Virus record (IMG/VR): IMGVR_UViG_2837383163_000007
Coordinates: 5,990-69,989 of that record
DNA length: 64,000 nucleotides
Source: a virus
Reading direction: 5' to 3' (one strand)
Under the pieces are notes generated by a model that searched no databases, was not told the DNA's origin, and saw only the letters and a list, made by a program, of their open reading frames with translations. The translations under genes were made by a program, and so were the position numbers. Of this stretch, positions 28,325-36,887 are shown in pieces. Position 1 is the first letter of the stretch, and each line of letters begins with the position of its first letter.

Positions 28325-29323
28325 TTATTTAGGCATAAAAGCCTGTAGTAATACATCTTTTTTCTTTTCTTTCAAATAAGAACTTGTTGTTGAAACATCA
28401 TTATGATTTGCTAGAGCTTGTAATACTTCTAAATTAAATTTTTGTCCATCGTTTTTGTCGCATATATAGTGATTCCCAGTGCTTAGCAATTCTAACGTTG
28501 TATGTCTAAAGCTATGAATGTTAAATGAATATTCTTTTCCTGTTATATTTTCTAAATATTTATTCCATCTTTTTACCCATGAATACATAGTGCCAATAGG
28601 AACTTCCTTAACTTTACCATTTCTTTCCTTTTTATACCATAAAAATTCCTCTTTATCTCTACCTCTTTGTTTAAGGTACGCTTTAAATGTTTTTCTGGTT
28701 AAATCATTATACATTAATTCAAATTTCTTGCCACCTTTACCAACAACAAAATTAGTAAATACACCATCAGGCTTTATACTACTTTTGTTAATTTGATAAA
28801 TTTCGTTTCTTCTTCCTGCTGTATCAATTAATAGTGCTAAGAGTAGAGCATCTTGGTATAAATGTTCTTTCATTAAGTAATCATATAATGTATCTATTTC
28901 TTCTCTTGTAAGAAATTCTATATCTCTAACCTTTTGAACCTTTAGTCCTTTAATTTTTTCCACAGGGTTATTTATGTAGAAATCCTCGTAATCTTCATCA
29001 TCTATTGCAAAACTGTAGAATGTTCTTAGAGTAGATAATACTCTATTAAGTCTAGCAGGTGAAACATCTTTATCTTGCATCTTTAGCATAAAATTTCTAA
29101 CCTGCTTTTTAGTTACGTTATAGAACTCTGTATTATTACAATTTTCATACACATAAAAAGCAAAGATTTTTAAATCATTTATATATTGCAATATAGTAGT
29201 ATCTGCTTTATTCGCTGCTTTCAATTCAAGTTTATACTCTTCTATAACCTTCTTATTATGTTTATTTATATCTTCTGAATATTCTTCTTTTTGAAAAATA
29301 TTATATACATTTTTTCTAGCCAT
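28325..29323 (-). CDS. Tyrosine recombinase (XerC/D-like, SPbeta YomM-like)
   Basis: TAGRRNE, GKGGK, HSFRH, ANH.DVSTT..Y. Confidence 0.9.
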   Translation of the reverse strand: MARKNVYNIFQKEEYSEDINKHNKKVIEEYKLELKAANKADTTILQYINDLKIFAFYVYENCNNTEFYNVTKKQVRNFMLKMQDKDVSPARLNRVLSTLRTFYSFAIDDEDYEDFYINNPVEKIKGLKVQKVRDIEFLTREEIDTLYDYLMKEHLYQDALLLALLIDTAGRRNEIYQINKSSIKPDGVFTNFVVGKGGKKFELMYNDLTRKTFKAYLKQRGRDKEEFLWYKKERNGKVKEVPIGTMYSWVKRWNKYLENITGKEYSFNIHSFRHTTLELLSTGNHYICDKNDGQKFNLEVLQALANHNDVSTTSSYLKEKKKDVLLQAFMPK

Positions 29324-29354
29324 ATTTCCTCCTTTATATTAAAAGTAATAAATA

Positions 29355-30419
29355 TTACCTATTTTCTTCTATGAATTTTTTAACCTTATCTAGGGTCTCT
29401 TTTCTATTTACACCAGCAAGCTTCAATGACTCACTAGGTGCTTTATCACTACCTCCAACAAATATTGTCTTTTGATATTTGTCTTTAACATTAAGGTAGT
29501 CCTCTAAGTGCATTTTAGGAATAGCCAATTCTACCTCTATTAATTCAGCACCTATCTTATCAATATTGTTGTTATATAATACTAGTTGATAATCTGTTTT
29601 AGGATTAACATTTTCCTTTTCAATAGGAACAGATGGTTTAGGTTCTTCATTTTTTGGAGTAGAAGGTATCTCTACACAATATTTAGCTGATACAAAACCA
29701 ACTCTAGGTATCTTATACCAAACACCATTTAAGCTAGACTTATATACCTTTTCTACATAAATAACAGAGCCATCTCTGTAAGTACCTAATTTCTTAGAGT
29801 CTACATTAGGATATTCTCTTATAGTTAGAGTATCATTAGGAGTACTAGTTTTTACAGAATATCCCCCATTTACAACAATATATTCAGATTGGTCGGTGTT
29901 ATTATTTGATGGATTAGATGATACATTTTCACCTAGATATTTTCTCACTTTATCTTTAAATCTTTTGTAGCCTAAGTCTAAAGTTCTATGAGGGCAATAC
30001 TTGCCACTCATTTGCTGATGAGAGTAAAGTTTATCAATACCCCAACCGTACTTCTTTAATATTCCAGCTATATATCTAGCCCCATTATCTTCTGCTTTTA
30101 AGAATGTTTCTTTATCACTTTTTGACCTTGCTATCTCTACACCAATATAATTAGTGTTCCCATATTGGTTGCCACAATGCCATGTGTTATAATTAAATGG
30201 AACACATTCTATGACCTTTGTTTCATCTACAACAGAGTGGAAGCTAGTCCAATTTGAGTTCCCCACCATGTAAGAAGCCTCTGCCTTTGCCTTGGCAGTA
30301 TTCCATGTGTTATGTACTACTACAGCTTTAGGAGTCATTCTGTAGGTCATCTTTTTACCTCTGTTCCAACTTGGCACTGGCAAATCTTCTATTAATACAC
30401 CACAAATTACACCGTTCAT
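29355..30419 (-). CDS. Endolysin: Amidase_2 plus SH3-like plus clostridial-type C-terminal domain
   Basis: VVHNT, SFH..VD, WHCG, GVE, CP; SH3b-like LTIREYP..WY; C-terminal VGG...AG.NR.ET. Confidence 0.9.
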   Translation of the reverse strand: MNGVICGVLIEDLPVPSWNRGKKMTYRMTPKAVVVHNTWNTAKAKAEASYMVGNSNWTSFHSVVDETKVIECVPFNYNTWHCGNQYGNTNYIGVEIARSKSDKETFLKAEDNGARYIAGILKKYGWGIDKLYSHQQMSGKYCPHRTLDLGYKRFKDKVRKYLGENVSSNPSNNNTDQSEYIVVNGGYSVKTSTPNDTLTIREYPNVDSKKLGTYRDGSVIYVEKVYKSSLNGVWYKIPRVGFVSAKYCVEIPSTPKNEEPKPSVPIEKENVNPKTDYQLVLYNNNIDKIGAELIEVELAIPKMHLEDYLNVKDKYQKTIFVGGSDKAPSESLKLAGVNRKETLDKVKKFIEENR

Positions 30420-30559
30420 TATATCAATCCTTCTTCCTTTAATTTTTGAATATCTTCCTCTGATAAATCTCCGTAAACACCTTCATCATTAAAGGCATTT
30501 TCTTCTAAGTTTTTCTTATAGAGTTCTTCATCAAATATGTTCACTTTAATTTCTTCCAT
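30419..30559 (-). CDS. 46-aa acidic peptide between the two endolysins
   Basis: MEEIKVNIFDEELYKKNLEENAFNDEGVYGDLSEEDIQKLKEEGLI; TAATG coupling to the amidase. Confidence 0.6.
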   Translation of the reverse strand: MEEIKVNIFDEELYKKNLEENAFNDEGVYGDLSEEDIQKLKEEGLI

Positions 30560-30566
30560 ATAAATC

Positions 30567-31331
30567 CTACTTTCTATTTTCTTTTATAAATTGTTGAACT
30601 AGGTCAATAGTTTCATCTCTGTCTTTTCCAGCAATAATCTTAGCTACACCATCTGGAGCGTTAGAGCCGCCCACATGAATAACCCTTTTATATTTGTCTT
30701 TAACTGTGTTGTATAAATCAACACTTAAACTAGGTATATATAAATTCTTAGTAATCATCCTTGCTGGTATTTCATCAATCTCATTAGAATATATTACTAA
30801 GTCATAGTTTTCTTTTTCAGTAGAGTGGGGTAGAGTAGAGGAGTATTTATTAATATCTTTGTCATACTCATATAGCTTATATTTTTCTATCAATTCTATA
30901 AGCATATTTGCGTAGTCTTGACTTGTCGCATATCCTGCACTCTGTAAAGCCTTACAAGCTTTTCTATAGTCAACCTCACCAATCACATTTTTATAGTTTC
31001 TCTCTCTCCAAGCTGGAGTATGAAAAAATCTAGCATGGTCTACTAAAGAGCATTGCCAGTTCCTATATTTTCTGAAAGCTGCATCAATATAGAATTTTTT
31101 GTTATTCTTATCATACTCTGCTGTACGCACCGTATAGCTTTCACCCTTCCAATCCTCTTTAGCCTTGATACCAAATAGGTTACAAGCATTCTTTGCTAGT
31201 TCGCTTGTCCCCCAACCACTCTCTAAACACGCCTGTGCAATGGTTACGCTTGGAAGTATCCTGCCCTCGTGCCAGCCTGCTATAGCACCATCTTTTACTT
31301 TGGATATAAAAACATCCTGCTTTGTCTCCAT
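30567..31331 (-). CDS. Endolysin: GH73 glucosaminidase plus clostridial-type C-terminal domain
   Basis: AQACLESGWG, NLFGIK, FRKY, GYAT. Confidence 0.92.
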   Translation of the reverse strand: METKQDVFISKVKDGAIAGWHEGRILPSVTIAQACLESGWGTSELAKNACNLFGIKAKEDWKGESYTVRTAEYDKNNKKFYIDAAFRKYRNWQCSLVDHARFFHTPAWRERNYKNVIGEVDYRKACKALQSAGYATSQDYANMLIELIEKYKLYEYDKDINKYSSTLPHSTEKENYDLVIYSNEIDEIPARMITKNLYIPSLSVDLYNTVKDKYKRVIHVGGSNAPDGVAKIIAGKDRDETIDLVQQFIKENRK

Positions 31332-31354
31332 GATATCATCCCTTTCATATAATA

Positions 31355-31377
31355 AAGGTGGTCATATAGACCACCTT
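31355..31377 (-). terminator. Hairpin between holin and endolysin (terminator/attenuator-like)
   Basis: AAGGTGGTC-ATATA-GACCACCTT. Confidence 0.55.
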
Positions 31378-31413
31378 ATTTATTAAAATTTTACCTGGTA
31401 AACTTTATTTTAT

Positions 31414-31830
31414 TTAGCGTTTAATCTTTGTTAATTCTGAAAATTTATTAAATATATCAGTAAAAAGTGTTGTATCTGTTCCATTTTTACCTATATTTTC
31501 AATTATGGACTTTATCTCCATAAAAAGATAACCTATATACAGCGTATATACCAACCCTATTCCTATGTATCCAGGTATTAATACACTTACAGGCAAGAAT
31601 ACCAAGAGTAAAAGCATACTGGCTATTTTCCTGAGTATACCATTAATACCTGCCTTTGATTTAAACTCTATCTTAGGGTTTACATAAGCTGCTATCGTCC
31701 CTGTGATAAAATCCACTATCATAGCTATTGCTATTAATGCCAGAATAACTAGTATCTTTCCCTCTTGTGTAGTTGCATAACCTTTTAAAAAATCAAATAT
31801 TACCATCTTCATCTTCCTTTCCCTAATCAT
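31414..31830 (-). CDS. Holin (toxin secretion/phage lysis holin family)
   Basis: DFITG, S..G..G..RK, E..SIIEN motifs; three transmembrane helices. Confidence 0.88.
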   Translation of the reverse strand: MIRERKMKMVIFDFLKGYATTQEGKILVILALIAIAMIVDFITGTIAAYVNPKIEFKSKAGINGILRKIASMLLLLVFLPVSVLIPGYIGIGLVYTLYIGYLFMEIKSIIENIGKNGTDTTLFTDIFNKFSELTKIKR

Positions 31831-32935
31831 AAGTTACGTTGAAGTTCAAATCACCACCACCGTAGCCATAAGCACTTACATCAAAAGTGACGGTTCTTTT
31901 ACCTAAGTTTCGTGACTGGAAGTACAACCCATCTCCACCCCAGGCTACATTAAACCTATGATGGTCTGATACATATCCACCACCACTTGAAGGCCAGTTT
32001 ATTCTTGAGCTACCACTTATTGACAGCTCTTTGCCGTCAATGTTTACATATCTATATGTTCTTTTTCCGTTATATCTTAGTTCACCATCATTATCTATTC
32101 TATCTATCTTGCTATAATCAATACTTTCACCCCAATTTAATTTTTTGGATGTTCCCATACTTAAAGTTGTACCCTCTACATTTATGTACTTTCCAGATAA
32201 CCAACCTACACCTTCATAGTAAAGCTGTCCATCATTTGAATCAATTTTAGTCAACTTATCTTTATCGAAGCCTTGAGGGAAGTTAATAGATTTGCTTGAC
32301 CCAAGAGATATATTTGTTCCATTGATATTTACATACTTATTTGAAACCCATGAGCCATCATAATACAACTGCCCATCATTAGGGTCTATCTTAGTTAATT
32401 TGTTGGGGTCAAAAGCTTGTGGAACTTTATAAGATGAGGAGTTAGACATGCCAAAAGGTTTCTTATTGCTAGCATCTACAGTTACAAACTTGCCAGTTGA
32501 TACTCCATTCATAGTAAGTTCACCAGTTGAAGCGTCAATTCCTATCTGTGCAATACCTATACCGATATCTGATATGCCTTCTAGAAGTCCTGATACTATT
32601 AAATAAATAATATCATATTTTGCCTTAGCCTTTTCTTCAACTTCAGCCGTATCAGAATTGAGAATTTCTAACTTTTCTTCGATCCTAGGATATATTCTAC
32701 GTTGATAAAGTTCTTTAATAAAGTAGGTAGCAAACTTAGTATTCTTTGATTTGAATTTCTCCACAGTCTTCCCTATAGAATCTACGTCATTTAGTATATA
32801 AGTCAAGGCACTAAGATACTTTATCTTTTCTTTTATTGCAGAATCCTTGCTACTAATTAGCTGGTCTATTACTTCGCTTGCTTCTTCTTTAAGCTGCTTG
32901 TATTCTGCTAAATTTTCATCATAATTCTTAGGCAT
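31823..32935 (-). CDS. Putative tail fibre/receptor-binding protein with about four ~48-aa repeats
   Basis: Repeats ID.NDGQLYY.G.W...KY.N; last gene of the tail block. Confidence 0.55.
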   Translation of the reverse strand: MPKNYDENLAEYKQLKEEASEVIDQLISSKDSAIKEKIKYLSALTYILNDVDSIGKTVEKFKSKNTKFATYFIKELYQRRIYPRIEEKLEILNSDTAEVEEKAKAKYDIIYLIVSGLLEGISDIGIGIAQIGIDASTGELTMNGVSTGKFVTVDASNKKPFGMSNSSSYKVPQAFDPNKLTKIDPNDGQLYYDGSWVSNKYVNINGTNISLGSSKSINFPQGFDKDKLTKIDSNDGQLYYEGVGWLSGKYINVEGTTLSMGTSKKLNWGESIDYSKIDRIDNDGELRYNGKRTYRYVNIDGKELSISGSSRINWPSSGGGYVSDHHRFNVAWGGDGLYFQSRNLGKRTVTFDVSAYGYGGGDLNFNVTYD

Positions 32936-32938
32936 ATT

Positions 32939-33121
32939 CTACCCCCTTGCTTTAGTTATTAGTTGCTTAAATTCTCCATTTAACTTTTCAAACTCAGCAT
33001 TATTAGAACCTATCTTTTTGTCTAACTCTTCTAGGTGCGTTTGATGATTGGAAAATTTTTCATCTACATACTCTTTAGATACTACATCTAAATCCTTCTC
33101 TATTAATCCTAATAACTTCAT
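32939..33121 (-). CDS. Small tail-associated coiled-coil protein
   Basis: GAGGTG RBS; VSKEYVD fibre-type motif. Confidence 0.55.
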   Translation of the reverse strand: MKLLGLIEKDLDVVSKEYVDEKFSNHQTHLEELDKKIGSNNAEFEKLNGEFKQLITKARG

Positions 33122-33132
33122 CCATTCACCTC

Positions 33133-34068
33133 TTATCCAATAACAATTACCTTATACTTGTCCTGTTCTGGTGCTTTTGCAAAGTTAATCTTTACATTAT
33201 TCTCATCTATATATTCTGTTCCAACAAGAACCACATCAAATGGAGCAGTATTTTCTCTGACTGCTACGATAACATCTTGAGTGTTTAGTTTGTGATTAAC
33301 AGTAAATTCTTTGCTAGCACCATCACCAATGACCTTAACAAACTTATCTGTTTTCTTTCCTATTTGAGTAGTTAGAGCTTCTGCTACACCCTTATTAGAC
33401 TGTATTAAATCTCCTAATTCTTTAAGAGTATCATAAGCTTCACCAGCACCATTGATTAACTTATTGATTTCAGCAGTAGTAAATTCTTTAGCCTGTTGTA
33501 GAGCTGTATTTGCCTTATTCTGTGCTTCTTGGTCTGTAACTTTACCAGCTAAGGCAATGTCTAATCCTGTAATCTTATTTGTAGGTATAGTCTTATCACT
33601 AGCTATCACACTATCAACTATCTTATCTGGTGTAAGCTTTTCTTCTAAACCATCTATCTTGTTGATGTCGATTTTAGAAGTACCATCATTAATCTTGGAT
33701 ACGATATTAGCACCATCAAGAGCATTAGCTAGTCCATTGATTCTTTCAGCATTGATATTCTCAGTACCATCATTAATAGTGGCTACTATATTAGCAGCAC
33801 TAAGCTTAGTTACTAAGTCCTTAATTTTACTAATCTCTATCATAGCTGTACCATCATTAATGGCATTAACTATACTGACAGCAGTAGGGGATGCGTCTTT
33901 GGCATCCATTGCTAACCAAACTGCCCCTGTCCAAACATAAACCCTTTTATCAGCAGAGTTGTAGTAAACCTGTCCTGATATTGGGTCTGTCGGAGCTTGT
34001 GCCAATGTTTGTAAGACAGCATTAAGTAATTGATTCTTTGTCAAATCTAAATTGTTTAATAATTTCAT
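33133..34068 (-). CDS. Tail fibre-like protein with four 28-aa repeats
   Basis: IV..INDGT..I...KI.GL repeats; DTLKEL motif; C-terminal HKLNT domain. Confidence 0.7.
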   Translation of the reverse strand: MKLLNNLDLTKNQLLNAVLQTLAQAPTDPISGQVYYNSADKRVYVWTGAVWLAMDAKDASPTAVSIVNAINDGTAMIEISKIKDLVTKLSAANIVATINDGTENINAERINGLANALDGANIVSKINDGTSKIDINKIDGLEEKLTPDKIVDSVIASDKTIPTNKITGLDIALAGKVTDQEAQNKANTALQQAKEFTTAEINKLINGAGEAYDTLKELGDLIQSNKGVAEALTTQIGKKTDKFVKVIGDGASKEFTVNHKLNTQDVIVAVRENTAPFDVVLVGTEYIDENNVKINFAKAPEQDKYKVIVIG

Positions 34069-34092
34069 TTAATATCTCCTTTGTTAATTTTA

Positions 34093-34839
34093 TTAATTTA
34101 AAAAAGCCTTCCCAGAAAAAGGAAAGCTAAATTTAATCACTAATTTATTTTTATCTATGTATTCACAGTCCCCATGAACTATGTTGTTCCCAGTATCCAC
34201 TATTGTTATAGATGGATGTTTATTAAGATTATGAGTTATTTCCCACATATCTGATGCTACATCTTGAGTATAAATATAAGTCTTACCTCCAGGGTGTTTT
34301 TTTAATTCTTCAAACTGCGTCTTAATATTATGTATGTCTTCATTTAAAGTTTCCATGTTAAGGTTTTTTAACTTATCTATCTCATCCTTTAATAATTTTG
34401 AATACTTATCATATGTATTTATGATTGTTTCAGCATTGTCAACAAGAGTTATTTCGCTAAAAAAAACTGAACGAATAGCCCTCGTACATCTCCCTTGGAA
34501 TACTCCAGAAGATATGACTGCCTTGTCTTGAGATACCACTATTTCACACTCATATTTTCCCTCGCTCATAGTAGGGAAGTAGAAGTCAAAAGTATTTTTA
34601 ATCCTATTATGAGGGGGCACTCTTAATATTTTGTCATTGCCAGTAACCTTGAAATAAGCATAACATTGTATGTTTTCGTCATACTTAAAGTTAGACAATA
34701 TAACTCTTATTCCTCTAGCAGTTTCCCCAGCGTGGATAGTGGGAATATCTTTTGAGATTTCACCATCTACTATTGTTTGAAAACACACATCTGGGTCTTT
34801 TTTAGCATCAAATATAAATGTATGTAAAAATTCTATCAT
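34093..34839 (-). CDS. BppU-like baseplate upper protein
   Basis: N-terminal beta domain, coiled coil, C-terminal ITHNLNK domain shared with 33133-34068. Confidence 0.55.
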   Translation of the reverse strand: MIEFLHTFIFDAKKDPDVCFQTIVDGEISKDIPTIHAGETARGIRVILSNFKYDENIQCYAYFKVTGNDKILRVPPHNRIKNTFDFYFPTMSEGKYECEIVVSQDKAVISSGVFQGRCTRAIRSVFFSEITLVDNAETIINTYDKYSKLLKDEIDKLKNLNMETLNEDIHNIKTQFEELKKHPGGKTYIYTQDVASDMWEITHNLNKHPSITIVDTGNNIVHGDCEYIDKNKLVIKFSFPFSGKAFLN

Positions 34840-34856
34840 TGATTACCTCTTTTAAT

Positions 34857-35036
34857 TTATTTTGTTTTATTGTCGCTATCTTTTTCCATAATATTATAGG
34901 ATTCTAAATCTGCTTCAAGTTCTTTAATTCTATTTTCTTTTTGAATCAAAAGAGCATTTAATAGCAAATTTTCATCATCTATTCTTTTTAATTTTTCTAA
35001 AACTACCTGTAGATATATATCTTTATTTAAATCCAT
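34857..35036 (-). CDS. 59-aa coiled-coil protein
   Basis: AAGGAG RBS; MDLNKDIYLQ... Confidence 0.6.
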   Translation of the reverse strand: MDLNKDIYLQVVLEKLKRIDDENLLLNALLIQKENRIKELEADLESYNIMEKDSDNKTK

Positions 35037-35046
35037 TGTTTTCTCC

Positions 35047-36876
35047 TTATATCAACCAATCATCAAACATTTTATCTCCACCTGTATATTCATCTTCTCC
35101 AGTATACCAATACATACCATGTGGCAATCTTTCTATATTAATTTTAGGCTTTCTGTTATTAACACCAAATCTAATCTTATACATATTACCATCCCAATCA
35201 GGAACTATAAGAGAATAACCTGAACCATATTGTCCTCCCTCATTTTTTAAGAATATTGACCTTCTGTCATGAACCCTGTTATCACCTATTTTTGCAGTAT
35301 ATTGATAATCTATTTTTTCAAGAGTAAATTGTTCAGAACCATTTAGTGTTATAGCAGCTCTATTACTACCAATCTTATAGTAATTACCATCATTCCACTT
35401 TAATCTAATAGCAAGACCAGTTCCAGTGTTATAGGCTTCAGTAGCGTCTATAGATGGTTTTCCACCTTTACTCTCATACTTATTATCCCTCGTGTCATAA
35501 AGATGTATGATTGCATTGCTACCATTGGTAGGAGGGATTAACATATCTGTTGAAACATAACCTTTTTTTATCTCAAGACCTTTTTCTGTAAATTCTGCTG
35601 AACTAGAATCTATTTTATTAAAAGCTATCTTTATAGAATCTGGATTTTGTTCTATAAAGGATTTTAGTCCATTTTTAGTTACAGTTTGACTAATCTGGTT
35701 TTTTAATTGTTTTATTACAGAACCATTACCATTCTTTTTATCGAATACCTCGTTAGTGATATTATCAACGGTTTGACTAATTTTACTATAGTTACCTTGA
35801 ATGTTTTCTATCCTTCCACTAATCTCATCTTGGGATACTTTAAAATCTGAAATCTTAGTAATGATGTCATTTATTCTTTGTTCAAAATGAAAGCCACTAG
35901 CTTGACTATCTATTATTAATTGACCTAATATGTCTACAGTTTTCCCACCGTTTGCATTAGAAAGCATACCTAGGAGTGCTTTTCTTTGTAGATTTGTTTT
36001 TGTAACTATACCACCACATCTCATTAGAATATTAACATAGTCTACAGATGTACTTGTTTTTTTTCTTAGAATATCTTGTAAAATACCATCTAAACCTCTT
36101 TTAATAGGGTAGACTTCATTCTTATATGTATAAACAATGTTTGAAATTTCATTTATGGATTTACCAAATATTTCTGAATTATCAGGAAGAGTGTCCCATA
36201 GATTCGATAATAACTCATAAGAATCATCGCATATTTTTTTAACTTTATTTATATTTTGAATTTCAGATTCATTTAATTTGTCATCTGCTAATGCCCCCTT
36301 TAAGATATTACCTAACATACCATAATTAGACGTAACACTTGCATATGTAGCGACTAGTTTTTTAGAAAATTCTGTTTCTTTAAATTCTTTTTTTGTATTT
36401 TCTACAGATAATCTGATAGTTTCTGACATCTGATGTATCTGAGATGTCTTTTCAGATAATTTCCCTTGTGTTTCCTCTATCTTCCCAACAGTTTGTGTTA
36501 TCTGATGATTTTGTTGTAATATATTTGAAAATTCTTTAGTTATTTTACCGTTTTCGTCTTTAAATTCATTATAAAGTCCATGTATTTTTTGTTCTATAGT
36601 TGAGTTAGATTCTGAGTCAAATTTAATTTGAAAATAATCTTTTTTTGAATGGCATATTGTTCCTTGTCCGTCATCATTAATCAAAACTAAAAACTTTTCT
36701 GCTGTTTCTTCGAGTATTTGATTTGTATAAAAAAATCTATCAGGTCTTTCAGCATCCCAATAGATATATTTTTTGACTGTGCAATCATCTGGAATAAAGT
36801 ATAGCTTATTTCTATAGGTAACAACAGCGTTTGTTATTCTTAACCAACCTAGAGCAGGGGAGTTATCTTGTATCAT
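35047..36876 (-). CDS. Minor tail/central fibre protein
   Basis: S.I.Q....I...V heptad-like repeats typical of siphophage minor tail proteins. Confidence 0.7.
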   Translation of the reverse strand: MIQDNSPALGWLRITNAVVTYRNKLYFIPDDCTVKKYIYWDAERPDRFFYTNQILEETAEKFLVLINDDGQGTICHSKKDYFQIKFDSESNSTIEQKIHGLYNEFKDENGKITKEFSNILQQNHQITQTVGKIEETQGKLSEKTSQIHQMSETIRLSVENTKKEFKETEFSKKLVATYASVTSNYGMLGNILKGALADDKLNESEIQNINKVKKICDDSYELLSNLWDTLPDNSEIFGKSINEISNIVYTYKNEVYPIKRGLDGILQDILRKKTSTSVDYVNILMRCGGIVTKTNLQRKALLGMLSNANGGKTVDILGQLIIDSQASGFHFEQRINDIITKISDFKVSQDEISGRIENIQGNYSKISQTVDNITNEVFDKKNGNGSVIKQLKNQISQTVTKNGLKSFIEQNPDSIKIAFNKIDSSSAEFTEKGLEIKKGYVSTDMLIPPTNGSNAIIHLYDTRDNKYESKGGKPSIDATEAYNTGTGLAIRLKWNDGNYYKIGSNRAAITLNGSEQFTLEKIDYQYTAKIGDNRVHDRRSIFLKNEGGQYGSGYSLIVPDWDGNMYKIRFGVNNRKPKINIERLPHGMYWYTGEDEYTGGDKMFDDWLI

Positions 36877-36887
36877 TAATTACCTCC

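Noticed and set aside
29590..29640. Internal translation start for a free endolysin C-terminal domain (as in CTP1L/CD27L)
   Set aside because: An AAGGA is present in the linker but no in-frame start codon at suitable spacing
31823..32935. Diversity-generating retroelement target
   Set aside because: No reverse transcriptase and no adenine-specific template/variable repeat pair found in the window
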